DNA of 64,000 nucleotides from Candidatus Sericytochromatia bacterium (GTDB lineage Bacteria > Cyanobacteriota > Sericytochromatia > S15B-MN24 > UBA4093): positions 96,001 through 160,000 of the forward strand of contig JAKFBU010000026.1 in the NCBI GenBank assembly GCA_036676985.1, given 5' to 3'. Below the pieces are notes generated by a model. That model saw only the letters and a list, made by a program, of their open reading frames with translations. It did not search any database and was not told the DNA's origin. Both the position numbers and the translations under genes were made by a program. Of this stretch, positions 30,128 through 39,703 are shown piece by piece. Within the stretch, counting starts at the first letter, position 1, and every line of letters begins with the position of its first letter.

Positions 30128-30205
30128 AAAAGCCTGTTAAAAGCCGAAAGCCCACGCCGTTCCTGGCGATAACACCCATGGGCCGGATCGGCCCCGGGAG
30201 GCAAC

Positions 30206-31957
30206 ATGGACATCCGCAACCAGCCCAACCGCGCGGTCACGCGCCCCTTGACCCCGCCGGGCACCAAGCCCTTGGTTGCGCCCGAGCAGACCGAGGCCCC
30301 GAAGAAGCGCAGCTTCCTCGGGCACGTGGCGGACGTCTTCATCGGCGGCGGCGAGGCCATCAAGGACATGGGCGTGGGCCTCTTCACCATGGTGCGCCAC
30401 CCCATCCAGACCGCCAAGGGCATCGGCTTTCTGGTCACCAAGCTCGTCACGGATCCCAAGGAAGGCTTCAGCATGCTGGGCCACGCCTTCGTCGATCCCT
30501 ACATGAAGGCGATCAAGGAAGGGCGTCCCGGCAAGGCCCTCGGCCGGGGCATCGTCGAGATCGGCAGCCTCTTCGTGGGACCCACCGAGGTGGCGAACGC
30601 CGCCAAGGCCACCGCGACGGGCGTCTCGAGCGCCATGGCCGCCCTCAAGGCCGGGCAGGGCGTGCAGGGCGCCGTGAAGTCGGCCACGCTCGCCGTCAAG
30701 CTCTCGGGCGATGCCGCCAAGCTGGCCGAGAAGGCCTCCATGTTGAGCAAGCTCGGCTACGTGGCCGAGGCCCAGAAGCTCGAGCAGATGGCGCGCCTCA
30801 CGGGCAAGTTCTCGGCCTACGCCCGGACGGGCGATGCCGCGCGCGCGGCGAGCCGCATGGCCATGCTGAACGGCCTTCAGCACATCAACGTGGGCGGCAA
30901 GCTCATGTCGGCCCAGGCCCTCTTGCTCCACTCGGACGACCTGCTGTCGGCGGGCACCCGCGCGGCCTCGGCCGCGAGTGCGGCCGGGCGCGTCGAGGCG
31001 GGGCTCATGAAGTCCACGACCGGCGCCGACGAGGCCGTGCGCGGCGCGGCCCTCCTCGATAACGTCGGCTCGGTCGCCGCCCGCGGGGTGGTCGAGACCT
31101 TGCCCGCCTTCGAGCGCATGATGCAGCTCGCGGGCCGGGCGGCGGTCGTGAGCCCCTTCGCGCTGATCTCGCCGGCCGCGGCCCTCACCATGGGCTTCAT
31201 CCAGCAGGCCTTGCCGACCGCCGAGGACGCAGCCCAGCTCGACGAGGCCAAGGCCGCCGCGCTCGCGGCCAAGTACCACCTCGCCGCCAACCCCGAGAAC
31301 GTGCAGGCCTTCCTCGCGGAGGTGGGCCGCTACGACCGGGACGCCATCGGCCCCAACCAGGGCTCCACCGGCCAGATCAAGCAGATCCAGGCGGCCCTGC
31401 GCGTGGCGGGCTACGACGTCGCGCCCACGGGCACCTACGACGAGGCCACCGCCCTTGCGGTCGTGCACTTCAAGCAGCAGAACGGCCTCCACCAGACCTA
31501 CAAGCAGCCGGACGGCAGCTTTGCGATCAACGAGTACGTGGACACTCAGACGGCCAACGCCCTCTACGACCTGGTCCAGTCGGTCGATCGCAAGCCGGCG
31601 TCCGGCATGGCCGAGCCGGAAATCCGGCGCGTCGCCGCCGAGCGTAACCTGTACCCGACCGAGGAGAACCTCAAGGCCTTCGAGAAGGAGGTCGCGACCT
31701 ACGGCCAGGCCGTGGGCCCGGACAGCGCGAGCTCGGACGTCTCGCGCCTCCAGTCGCTCTTGGGCCGCCTCGGCTACAAGGTCGCCCTGAACGGCACGTT
31801 CGACGACGCCACGGCCGAGGCGGTCATGGCGTTCAAGCGGGAGGCGGGCATCCGCCAGGGCTACCGGCTCGCGAACGGGGACTGGGCCATCAACGAGTAC
31901 GTGGACCCGACGACGGAGCTGCGGATGCGGGCGTCGTTGGCCAAGCCCGTCGGCTAG
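30206..31957 (+). CDS. Paralog of the upstream gene with two PG-binding-like modules
   Basis: GGAGG RBS; shared [14 protein letters not shown]...[18 protein letters not shown] domain; two ...AINEYV modules. Confidence 0.85.
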   Translation: MDIRNQPNRAVTRPLTPPGTKPLVAPEQTEAPKKRSFLGHVADVFIGGGEAIKDMGVGLFTMVRHPIQTAKGIGFLVTKLVTDPKEGFSMLGHAFVDPYMKAIKEGRPGKALGRGIVEIGSLFVGPTEVANAAKATATGVSSAMAALKAGQGVQGAVKSATLAVKLSGDAAKLAEKASMLSKLGYVAEAQKLEQMARLTGKFSAYARTGDAARAASRMAMLNGLQHINVGGKLMSAQALLLHSDDLLSAGTRAASAASAAGRVEAGLMKSTTGADEAVRGAALLDNVGSVAARGVVETLPAFERMMQLAGRAAVVSPFALISPAAALTMGFIQQALPTAEDAAQLDEAKAAALAAKYHLAANPENVQAFLAEVGRYDRDAIGPNQGSTGQIKQIQAALRVAGYDVAPTGTYDEATALAVVHFKQQNGLHQTYKQPDGSFAINEYVDTQTANALYDLVQSVDRKPASGMAEPEIRRVAAERNLYPTEENLKAFEKEVATYGQAVGPDSASSDVSRLQSLLGRLGYKVALNGTFDDATAEAVMAFKREAGIRQGYRLANGDWAINEYVDPTTELRMRASLAKPVG

Positions 31958-31988
31958 CCACCGCTAAACCCAAAGAATGCTTGTGTTA

Positions 31989-32069
31989 CCGTCACCCCGG
32001 CGAAAGCCGGGGTCCAGGGCATGCGCCCCGTGAGCCGACCCTGGATCCCGGCTTTCGCCGGGATGACGG
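31989..32069. repeat. Second REP-like family: inverted pair of palindromes
   Basis: CCGTCACCCCGGCGAAAGCCGGGGTCCAGGG ... CCCTGGATCCCGGCTTTCGCCGGGATGACGG. Confidence 0.8.
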
Positions 32070-32111
32070 GCTGGACTTGCTGAACGGGTGACTGAAGGAC
32101 GGTTTGACCGC

Positions 32112-32777
32112 CTAAAAGAGGCGCAGCTGTTGCGGAGCTGTGGCGCGCGCGGCCGTCGGCCGTGGAGCCGCCGGCTCTTTGGCTACCGATCTTTCGAGCA
32201 GGGGCTTTGCGGGCGGTTCGGTGGCAGGAGCTGCGAACAGGGGCTCGTTCACCGGCTCGGCCGCGCTGCTCGCGAGCTGGAAGTGCCGCTGGGCGACCTG
32301 CCGCTGGTGCCGGAAGTCCGGCATGTGCGTGCCGACCAGTGCCCAGAAGGCCTTGGAGTGGTTGGGCACGAGGAGGTGGCTCAGCTCGTGCAGGATGAGG
32401 TAGCGCAGGGCGCGCTCGGGCATCCCGTCGATGGCGTACTTCGAGAAGGTGAGAATCTTGGTCTTGAGGTTGACCTGCGCGAGCCGGGTGTAGCGGGCCT
32501 GTCCGATGCGCACGCCGGCGTAGGAGACGTTCAGCGTCTCGCGGTTGACCCGGGCGACGAGCTCCGTGAGCTCGGAGAGGCTCATGGCCGGACCCTGGGG
32601 CAGGGCGGGCAAGGCGGCGAGGGTCGCGGTCTGCTTGTGGCCCCAGCGCGTGAACTTGGCGATCGCCTCTTGCTGCTCCGAGCGCGGCCAGTGCCGTGGA
32701 ATGGTCATCACCAGGCACGAACCTCGGAGACGAGCCCTTGCCGTGCGACCTGTGGTGTAGGTGATCTGCGTCTCCAC
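32112..32777 (-). CDS. DUF45/YgjP-like zinc metallopeptidase-fold protein
   Basis: YLILHELSHLLVPNHSKAFW. Confidence 0.85.
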   Translation of the reverse strand: METQITYTTGRTARARLRGSCLVMTIPRHWPRSEQQEAIAKFTRWGHKQTATLAALPALPQGPAMSLSELTELVARVNRETLNVSYAGVRIGQARYTRLAQVNLKTKILTFSKYAIDGMPERALRYLILHELSHLLVPNHSKAFWALVGTHMPDFRHQRQVAQRHFQLASSAAEPVNEPLFAAPATEPPAKPLLERSVAKEPAAPRPTAARATAPQQLRLF

Positions 32778-32937
32778 GGCGTCCCTCCTCGATCCTCCGT
32801 GATTGTACCACAGTCGTTTTGGCGTCCGTACGACCTCCTAGCCCGCCGATCCTTTTTGGTCGATTCTGCCAAGGCGCCTAAGACAACATGGCCTTACGAT
32901 GGGAAGGTCCCATTCTCATGCGAAGGAGCGCCACTGG

Positions 32938-34101
32938 ATGCACTGGCTCGAAGCCGCGTTCTGGACCTCGGTGGCCGTCGCCGCCTATACCTATGGAGGC
33001 TATGCGCTCGTCGTCTCGGTGCTGGCCAAGGCGGCGCCGCGGCCGCACAGGATGCAGCCCATCACGCCCAAGGTCACGCTGCTGGTGCCGTCCTACAACG
33101 AGGAGGACGTGATCGAGGCCAAGCTGGACAACTGTCTGGCCCTGGACTATCCGCACGATCGCCTCGAGATCATCGTGGTGGCGGACGGCAGCACGGATCG
33201 CACGCCGGAGCTGGCCGCGCGCTACCGCTCGCGAGGCGTCCGGGTCGAGTACCGGCCCGAGCGGCGGGGCAAGATCCACGCCCTCAACCGGGTGATGCCC
33301 CTGGTCGAGGGGGACATCGTCGTCAGCTCGGACGCCAACTCCCTGCTCAACCCCGAGAGCCTGCGGATGCTGGTCAGGCACTTCGCGGACCCCGAGGTGG
33401 CCTGCGTGGCCGGTGAAAAGCGCATCACGCGCCGAGACGGCGACGTGAGCGTGGGCGAGGGGCTCTACTGGCGATACGAGTCCTACCTCAAGCGCTGCGA
33501 CTCCGAGCTGAGCTCGGTCATGGGGGCGGCGGGCGAGCTCATCGCCCTGCGCCGGGACTGCTACGAGCCCATCGAGGAGGACACCATCATCGAGGACTTC
33601 GTGGTGTCCATGCGCCTGGTGCACCAGGGCCACCGGGTCATCTACGAGCCCGAGGCCTACTCGATGGAGGAGGCGTCGCCCTCGATCGACGAGGAGTTCA
33701 AGCGCAAGACCCGCATCGTGGCGGGCGGCTGGCAGGCCGTCGTGCGGCTGAGCCGGCTGTTGGTCCCGAGCCGCCCGCTCATCACGTTCCAGTACGTGTC
33801 GCACCGGGTGCTGCGCTGGGTGCTGGTGCCCTACGTCCTGATCCTGGCGTTTGTCGCGAACGGGTTGCTCGCCATGTCGGGAGAGCCCCTCTACGGCATG
33901 CTCTGGCTCGGTCAGCTGCTCTTCTACGGGCTCGCGGCCTACGGCTGGCGGCGCCAGGCCCAGGGTGGGCGCAATCCCCTGTACTACGTCCCCTTCTACT
34001 TCGTCTTCCTCAACTACGCGGCCTTGGTGGGGTGCGTGCGCTTCATGCGCGGCCGCCAGCCGGTGACCTGGGAGAAGGTGCGGCGCGCGACCCCCATCTA
34101 G
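32938..34101 (+). CDS. Glycosyltransferase family 2 (CESA-like)
   Basis: YNEE, DGSTD, SDAN, GLYWRYE, IEDF, SHRVLRW. Confidence 0.93.
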   Translation: MHWLEAAFWTSVAVAAYTYGGYALVVSVLAKAAPRPHRMQPITPKVTLLVPSYNEEDVIEAKLDNCLALDYPHDRLEIIVVADGSTDRTPELAARYRSRGVRVEYRPERRGKIHALNRVMPLVEGDIVVSSDANSLLNPESLRMLVRHFADPEVACVAGEKRITRRDGDVSVGEGLYWRYESYLKRCDSELSSVMGAAGELIALRRDCYEPIEEDTIIEDFVVSMRLVHQGHRVIYEPEAYSMEEASPSIDEEFKRKTRIVAGGWQAVVRLSRLLVPSRPLITFQYVSHRVLRWVLVPYVLILAFVANGLLAMSGEPLYGMLWLGQLLFYGLAAYGWRRQAQGGRNPLYYVPFYFVFLNYAALVGCVRFMRGRQPVTWEKVRRATPI

Positions 34102-34150
34102 CAAAAAGGCCCCGGCGATCGATCGCCGGGGCCTTGGAGTGCTCGGTGGT

Positions 34151-34474
34151 TTAGAGCTTGGGCATGATCCGCGACTCGAGCTGGGCCTTGGGCATGTAGC
34201 CGACGAGGCGCTCGACGGGCTCACCGTTCTTGAACAGGATGAGGGTCGGGATGCTCATGACGCCGAACTTCTGGGCGTTGGCGCCGTTGGCGTCGATGTC
34301 GATCTTGGCGATCTTCAGCTTGCCGTCGTGCTCGACGGCGAGCTCCTCGAGGATCGGGGCGATCATGCGGCAGGGGCCGCACCAGGTGGCCCAGAAGTCG
34401 ACCAGGACCGGCTGGTCGGCCTGAAGCACTTCCTTCTCGAATTCGGCGTCGCTGACGGGAATGGGCTTGCTCAT
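34151..34474 (-). CDS. trxA: Thioredoxin
   Basis: [15 protein letters not shown]; AAGGAGG RBS. Confidence 0.98.
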   Translation of the reverse strand: MSKPIPVSDAEFEKEVLQADQPVLVDFWATWCGPCRMIAPILEELAVEHDGKLKIAKIDIDANGANAQKFGVMSIPTLILFKNGEPVERLVGYMPKAQLESRIMPKL

Positions 34475-34645
34475 GTGTTCCTCCTTGAATTGGCCCCCCA
34501 TTGTACCCTCCCTCTCGTCTTCTTTCCAGGCGATTGCCCGCAAGACCGCGTCCCGGCGTCATCTGGGCGGTCGCATCGGTCGATGAGTGGGGCCAAGGCG
34601 TTGATCTTTGCACGTCGCCTGTGGTAGGATGTGAGCCTCACACCT

Positions 34646-34735
34646 GGAGAGGTGGCTGAGCGGCTGAAAGCGCCTTCCTGCTAAGAAGGTATATGGGCTA
34701 AACCTGTATCGGGGGTTCGAATCCCCCCCTCTCCG
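34646..34735 (+). tRNA. tRNA-Ser(GCT)
   Basis: GGAGAGG acceptor stem, CCTTC-CT-GCT-AA-GAAGG anticodon arm, long variable arm, GTTCGAATC; CCA not encoded. Confidence 0.96.
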
Positions 34736-34831
34736 CCTCAATCCCCTATACGCCCAACGCTTGCAAGGGCACGGTTCCTGTGGTATAGTGGATTTCAGTT
34801 CGGCTCGAGGCGCGAGTTTCGGGTTGATTAC

Positions 34832-34905
34832 GCGGCCGTAGCTCAGTTGGATAGAGTATCTGGCTACGAACCAGAGGGTCGGGGGTTCGAATCCCTCCGG
34901 CCGCG
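34832..34905 (+). tRNA. tRNA-Arg(ACG)
   Basis: GCGGCCG stem, TCTGG-CT-ACG-AA-CCAGA, GTTCGAATC; CCA not encoded. Confidence 0.97.
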
Positions 34906-34907
34906 CT

Positions 34908-34950
34908 AACCGGAAGGGCCCCAGCTTTCGCTGGGGCCCTTCCGGTTTTT
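34908..34950 (+). terminator. Intrinsic terminator after the tRNAs
   Basis: AACCGGAAGGGCCCCAGC-TTTC-GCTGGGGCCCTTCCGGTT-TTT. Confidence 0.85.
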
Positions 34951-35031
34951 GGGCATGGGTCGCGGCGGCGCCCCGCGAGCGGGAAAAAGGGCTCGCGCAG
35001 CGCGCGAGCCCTACTGTGAAATGGCGGATGC

Positions 35032-36291
35032 CTACATCGAGGAGTTCTGGTGCTCCTTGGTGGGCGAGTGGGCCATCAGCTCGTTGGCGAAGCGACGGGC
35101 ATACTCGTTGACCAGCTCCTCGACCCGCTTCGGATCGTCCGAACGCACGATGATGCCGGCATGCCACTCCTTCTTCTGACGCCACGTCACCTCGGGCGCG
35201 TCGAAGGAGCTGAGGTCGGGCCACTGCTCACGGGCCAGGCAGATGATGGCGCCGGCGTAGCCCTCCCGGAAGGGGGCGAGCTTGTAGTCGGCCCCGAAGG
35301 TCTCGATCTTGGCCCACTCGAACCACAGGCAGATGTCCGTCGCCGTCCACGCCACGTCGGGGATCTTGGCGGCGCCGACGCGCGCGGCCGCTTCCAGGAA
35401 GTAGAACTTGCCGGTCTCGCGGTCCTTGATGTACTCGATGTGGGTCACGCCGCGGACCAGGCCGAGGCTCTTGATGACGTCCTGGTTGATCTTCTGCAGC
35501 GCCTTCCAGTCGTCGCTCTTGCGGTCGATGAGGCGGGTGGTGAAGACGCCGCCCTTGACGTTCAGGTCGAGCATCGGCGTGCCGTACTGCGACACCGTGC
35601 CGAAGAGCACTTCCTTCTCCGAGACCACCGAGTCGACGTGGAAGACGTCGCCCGGCGTGTACTTCTCGAGCAGGTAGCCGGACTGCTTGTCGCCCAGCTC
35701 CATGATCCGCTTCCAGACCTCCTGGTCGTTGTGCAGCACCTTGATGCCCATGGAGGCCGCCGCGAGGCGCGGCTTGATCACCCAGGGCGCCGGCACGCGC
35801 TGCATGTACTCGTGGACGTCGTCATGGTTGAGGATGTGCACGAACTCGGGAACGGGGATGCCGTCCTCCTGGGCCTTCATGCGCATGGCGAGCTTGTCGC
35901 GGAAGTAGCGCATGGTCGTCTCGCCCATGCCGGGCACGCGCATGTGCTCGCGCAGGAAGCAGCTCATCTCCACTTCCCAGTCGCCCATGGGCACGATGCG
36001 GTCGATCTTGCGTCGCTGGGAGATCCAGGCGATGGTGTTCTTCACCTCGGTCTCGTCGTCGAAGTTCTTGACGGCGATGACTTCCTCGAGGATGTCGCGG
36101 GGCCAGTCCGCCTTGAGGCCCTTCTCGCTCGTCAGGACGATGACCTTGTGCCCCATGGCAGCCGCCTGCTTCATGAAGGGGCGGCCGGAGACCATGCCGG
36201 CGATGCACAGGAACCGTAGGGGCTTGTCCACCTTGGGAGTCTCGGTCGCCTGGGTCGCGGGGGCTGGGGGCGTCGCTGCTTTTTTGGGCAC
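35032..36291 (-). CDS. ATP-grasp domain protein
   Basis: FRDKLAMR, VIKPR, LLEKY, THIEY, FLEAAAR; GTG start with GAGG RBS. Confidence 0.85.
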   Translation of the reverse strand: MPKKAATPPAPATQATETPKVDKPLRFLCIAGMVSGRPFMKQAAAMGHKVIVLTSEKGLKADWPRDILEEVIAVKNFDDETEVKNTIAWISQRRKIDRIVPMGDWEVEMSCFLREHMRVPGMGETTMRYFRDKLAMRMKAQEDGIPVPEFVHILNHDDVHEYMQRVPAPWVIKPRLAAASMGIKVLHNDQEVWKRIMELGDKQSGYLLEKYTPGDVFHVDSVVSEKEVLFGTVSQYGTPMLDLNVKGGVFTTRLIDRKSDDWKALQKINQDVIKSLGLVRGVTHIEYIKDRETGKFYFLEAAARVGAAKIPDVAWTATDICLWFEWAKIETFGADYKLAPFREGYAGAIICLAREQWPDLSSFDAPEVTWRQKKEWHAGIIVRSDDPKRVEELVNEYARRFANELMAHSPTKEHQNSSM

Positions 36292-36591
36292 TGTTCTTAC
36301 CTCTCTGCCGCATGGTGCCGATCGTCCTGGCACCCTGGCCAGGAACACGTCGTATCTCATATGCCCGGTAGCTTGGGTTTTGAGTAGATCCCTCGCTATC
36401 TTTTCGAGTCCGATTTCAATCACCCGGGTGGTCGGCGTTGCCCCCCGCCTCCAACCCGCCCTTCGGCGGCCTTCCGGGCTTGCGTGGTATCGGTAGTTTC
36501 CTCGCTAGGACAGGCCGGTAGGGTATGCCAGGATAGCTCAGGCCTCGAACGGCCGCGTACACTGATTTTCGCTCAGGAGGCTTTGCGGGCC

Positions 36592-38691
36592 ATGTTGCAG
36601 CGTCTCGTCTCCCTCATCCGGCGCTACCTCGTAGTGCGCATTGCCCTGGTCATCTTCGTCGTCTTCGGCATCTTCCTGACCGCCTTCAGCTCCGTCTTCA
36701 TCGTGCAGGCCACGAACGCCAACGAGCAGGCGGCCCTCGAGCGCGCGCAGGCCATGGCCCGCCAGGGGGCGGCCTCGGTCCAGTACGCCTTCGAGACGGC
36801 CCTGCGGGATCAGCGCCTGACGGAGGCGGCCCTCTTCGACGAACGGCTGCAGGAGCTGCCCGGCACCACGCCCAAGCGTTACCGCTCGGCGTTCGACGCC
36901 TTCACCGACGCGGCCTTCCCGTCCCTCCAGGAGGCCCCGTTACGGGTGAGCGACGTGGTGTTCGCCATCGCGGTCACCCGCAACGGCTACGTGCCGACCC
37001 ACAACGCGGCCGAGCGCTCCAAGCGCCTGTTCGACGATCCGGTCGGCCTCGCGGCAGCCCGCAACACGGACGATCTCCTGGTGCAGGACTACCGCCGGGA
37101 CACCGGCGAGGCCATCTTCGACGTGTCGAGCCCCATCACGGTCAACGGCCGCCACTGGGGCGCCTTCCGGATCGGTCTTGCGAAGGCGGAGCTCAACCGG
37201 AAGGCCCTCGCCATCTGGCTCACCATGGGCTCGCTCGGCACCTTGGTCGTCCTGATCGAGAGCCTGCTCATCGCGTGGCTGCTGCGCCGGGCCCTGCGGC
37301 CGCTCGCGGACATGGAGCGGGTGGTCGCGCGGATCGCCGAGGGCGACCTGGACCAGCGGATTGACGTCTCGGGCACCGACGAGGTCGGCCGCATCGGCCG
37401 CAGCCTCGAGGCCATGGTCACGGCCCTGCGCGGTGTGCTGCACGGCGTCCGACAGGCTGCCGAGGTCTTGCAGGGCAACGTGCAGGTCATCGGCACCAGC
37501 GCCCACCAGCTGAGCGCGAACGCGGCGACCCAGACCGAGGTGGCCGCCCAGACCTCCGGCTCCATGGAGGCCATGGCCGACCGGATCCGCCAGGTGGCCG
37601 CCCACTCCCAGACGCTCGCGGCGGGCGTGGAGGAGACCTCGAGCGTGATCGAGGAGATGGCGGCGAGCAGCCGTCAGGTCGCGCAGAACGCGGGCACCCT
37701 GGGGGCGACCGTCGACGAGACGTCCGCCGCCATCGAGGAGATGGCCTCGAGCATCCGGCAGGTCGCCCGCAACGTCGAGGAGACCACCGCCGTCGCGAAG
37801 ACGGCCACCGCGGCCGCCCATGACGGACAGTCCGCCGTCTCGCAGACGGTCGCGGGCATGAGCCGGATCGACCAGACCATGCGCGAGGTGATCTCCGCCA
37901 TCGATCGCCTGGGCGAGTCCTCCGAGGAGATCGGCAGCATCATCGAGGTGATCGACGACATCTCGGCCCAGACCAACCTGCTGGCGCTCAACGCCGCCAT
38001 CGAGGCGGCGCGTGCCGGAGAGGCGGGCCGGGGCTTCGCGGTGGTCGCCGACGAGGTGCGCAAGCTCGCCGAGCGCTCGGCCAAGGCCACCGGCGAGATC
38101 GCCACCCTCATCAAGGGCATCCAGCAGGAGACCGGCCAGGCCATTCGCTCCACCCAGCAGGGCGACGAGGCCATCCGGCAGGGCACCCGGCTCGCGGAGG
38201 TGGCGGGCCGCTCCCTGGAGGCCATCGTCACCTCGGTGGATCAGGTGGGCGAGCTGATGAACCACGTCTCCCAGGCCACCCACGAGCAGGCGCGGGCCGC
38301 CGGCCAGATCACCCAGGCCGTGGGCCGCATGAGCGGGCTTGCGTCAGAGGTCACCCAGGCCACGCGCGAAGAGGCCACCGGGGCCGCCCAGATCATCCAG
38401 GCCGTGGACCGCATGAACGCCATGACCCACGAGGTCTCCCAGGCGGCGAGCGAGCAGCAGAAGGGCTGTGAGCGAACGGTCCAGGCGGCCGACGCGTTCC
38501 TCGCGGCGAGCCGCGAGACGGCCCAGGCCTCCGTCTCCATCGCCGCATCCGTCGAGGACGTGCAGGCCCAGATGCAGGCCCTCATGCGCTCCATCGCCTA
38601 CTTCAAGGACGGCGCGCCACAGCGCGAGGTCGAAACCCACCTCATGCCCGCGGAGCGCCTGCTGCCTCCCGCTACGCTGGCCAGCCGCTAG
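36592..38691 (+). CDS. Methyl-accepting chemotaxis protein
   Basis: Two TM helices, HAMP (DEVGRI), QTNLLALNAAIEAARAGEAGRGFAVVADEVRKLAERS. Confidence 0.96.
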   Translation: MLQRLVSLIRRYLVVRIALVIFVVFGIFLTAFSSVFIVQATNANEQAALERAQAMARQGAASVQYAFETALRDQRLTEAALFDERLQELPGTTPKRYRSAFDAFTDAAFPSLQEAPLRVSDVVFAIAVTRNGYVPTHNAAERSKRLFDDPVGLAAARNTDDLLVQDYRRDTGEAIFDVSSPITVNGRHWGAFRIGLAKAELNRKALAIWLTMGSLGTLVVLIESLLIAWLLRRALRPLADMERVVARIAEGDLDQRIDVSGTDEVGRIGRSLEAMVTALRGVLHGVRQAAEVLQGNVQVIGTSAHQLSANAATQTEVAAQTSGSMEAMADRIRQVAAHSQTLAAGVEETSSVIEEMAASSRQVAQNAGTLGATVDETSAAIEEMASSIRQVARNVEETTAVAKTATAAAHDGQSAVSQTVAGMSRIDQTMREVISAIDRLGESSEEIGSIIEVIDDISAQTNLLALNAAIEAARAGEAGRGFAVVADEVRKLAERSAKATGEIATLIKGIQQETGQAIRSTQQGDEAIRQGTRLAEVAGRSLEAIVTSVDQVGELMNHVSQATHEQARAAGQITQAVGRMSGLASEVTQATREEATGAAQIIQAVDRMNAMTHEVSQAASEQQKGCERTVQAADAFLAASRETAQASVSIAASVEDVQAQMQALMRSIAYFKDGAPQREVETHLMPAERLLPPATLASR

Positions 38692-38866
38692 CCTTGCACC
38701 AAGCCGGGGCCCCCGCACGGGGGCCCCGGTTCGGCATGCGTGATCAGCGCCGCGGCGACCGGCCGGCCCCTTCGGTCAGGACCGCCAAGTGCGGTCGGCC
38801 TTTTGACCGAGCCCTGCGCGCCGATCGGCCCTATGCTGATGACGGATCCAGGTGAGGGAGGGGGCG

Positions 38867-39703
38867 ATGCTCGACTACCAGCCATCCGCCGGCGTGTCCG
38901 AGATCCGGGACCACTACGACCGGATCTCGGTGTTCTACCGCGCCCTGTGGGGCGACCACATCCACCACGGCTACTTCGAGGACCGCGAGTCCCCCGAGCG
39001 GGCCCAGCTCAAGCTCATCGAGCGGCTGGCCGAGATGGCCGGGATCCCGGCGGGGGCGAGCGTGCTGGACGTGGGCTGCGGCGTCGGGGGATCCGCGCGC
39101 TGGCTCGCCAAGGAGCTCGACTGCACGGTCCTCGGCATCACGCTGAGCCCGGTCCAGGCTCGCATGGCCGCCGAGGCCGCGGCCCGCGAAGGGCTCGGCG
39201 ATCGCGCCCGCTTCGCCGTCAAGGACGCCCACCGGCTCGACTTCCCGGCCGGTAGCTTCGACGTGGTCTGGGTGATCGAGTGCAGCGAGCACCTGCAGGA
39301 CAAAGAGGCCTTCATCCAAGCTTGCCAGCGGGTGCTCAAACCGGGCGGCACGCTCGCGCTCTGCGCCTGGCTCTCGGCCGAGCGTTTCGTCTCGGCGGCC
39401 CACGAGCGCCTCGTCGCTCAGGTCTGCGAGGGCATGCTCTGCCCATCCTTGGCGAGCATGGGCGACTACGTCGGCTGGCTGCGCGCGGCGGGCTTCGACG
39501 CGATCCGGACCGAGGACGTCACCGAGCGGGTCAAGGCCACCTGGACGGTCTGCGGCAAGATCGCCGAGCGCCCTGAGGTCAAGCTGCTCACCAAGATGAG
39601 CGATCAGGCCACCCGCGACTTCGTCACGGCCTTCGGAGCCATCCGGCGGGCTTACGACGAAGGGGCCATGGCCTACGGCATGCTCACGGCCAAGAAGCCC
39701 TAG
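38867..39703 (+). CDS. SAM-dependent methyltransferase (tocopherol/sterol-MT-like)
   Basis: LWGDHIHHGYF, VLDVGCGVGG, GITLSPVQ, RVLKPGG. Confidence 0.85.
   Translation: MLDYQPSAGVSEIRDHYDRISVFYRALWGDHIHHGYFEDRESPERAQLKLIERLAEMAGIPAGASVLDVGCGVGGSARWLAKELDCTVLGITLSPVQARMAAEAAAREGLGDRARFAVKDAHRLDFPAGSFDVVWVIECSEHLQDKEAFIQACQRVLKPGGTLALCAWLSAERFVSAAHERLVAQVCEGMLCPSLASMGDYVGWLRAAGFDAIRTEDVTERVKATWTVCGKIAERPEVKLLTKMSDQATRDFVTAFGAIRRAYDEGAMAYGMLTAKKP

Noticed and set aside
36295-36480. Lower-GC leader of the ATP-grasp gene as a riboswitch
   Set aside because: No recognisable aptamer consensus.
34646-36500. tRNA pair as a possible island integration site
   Set aside because: No integrase and no duplicated tRNA 3' end seen; an intact terminator follows.
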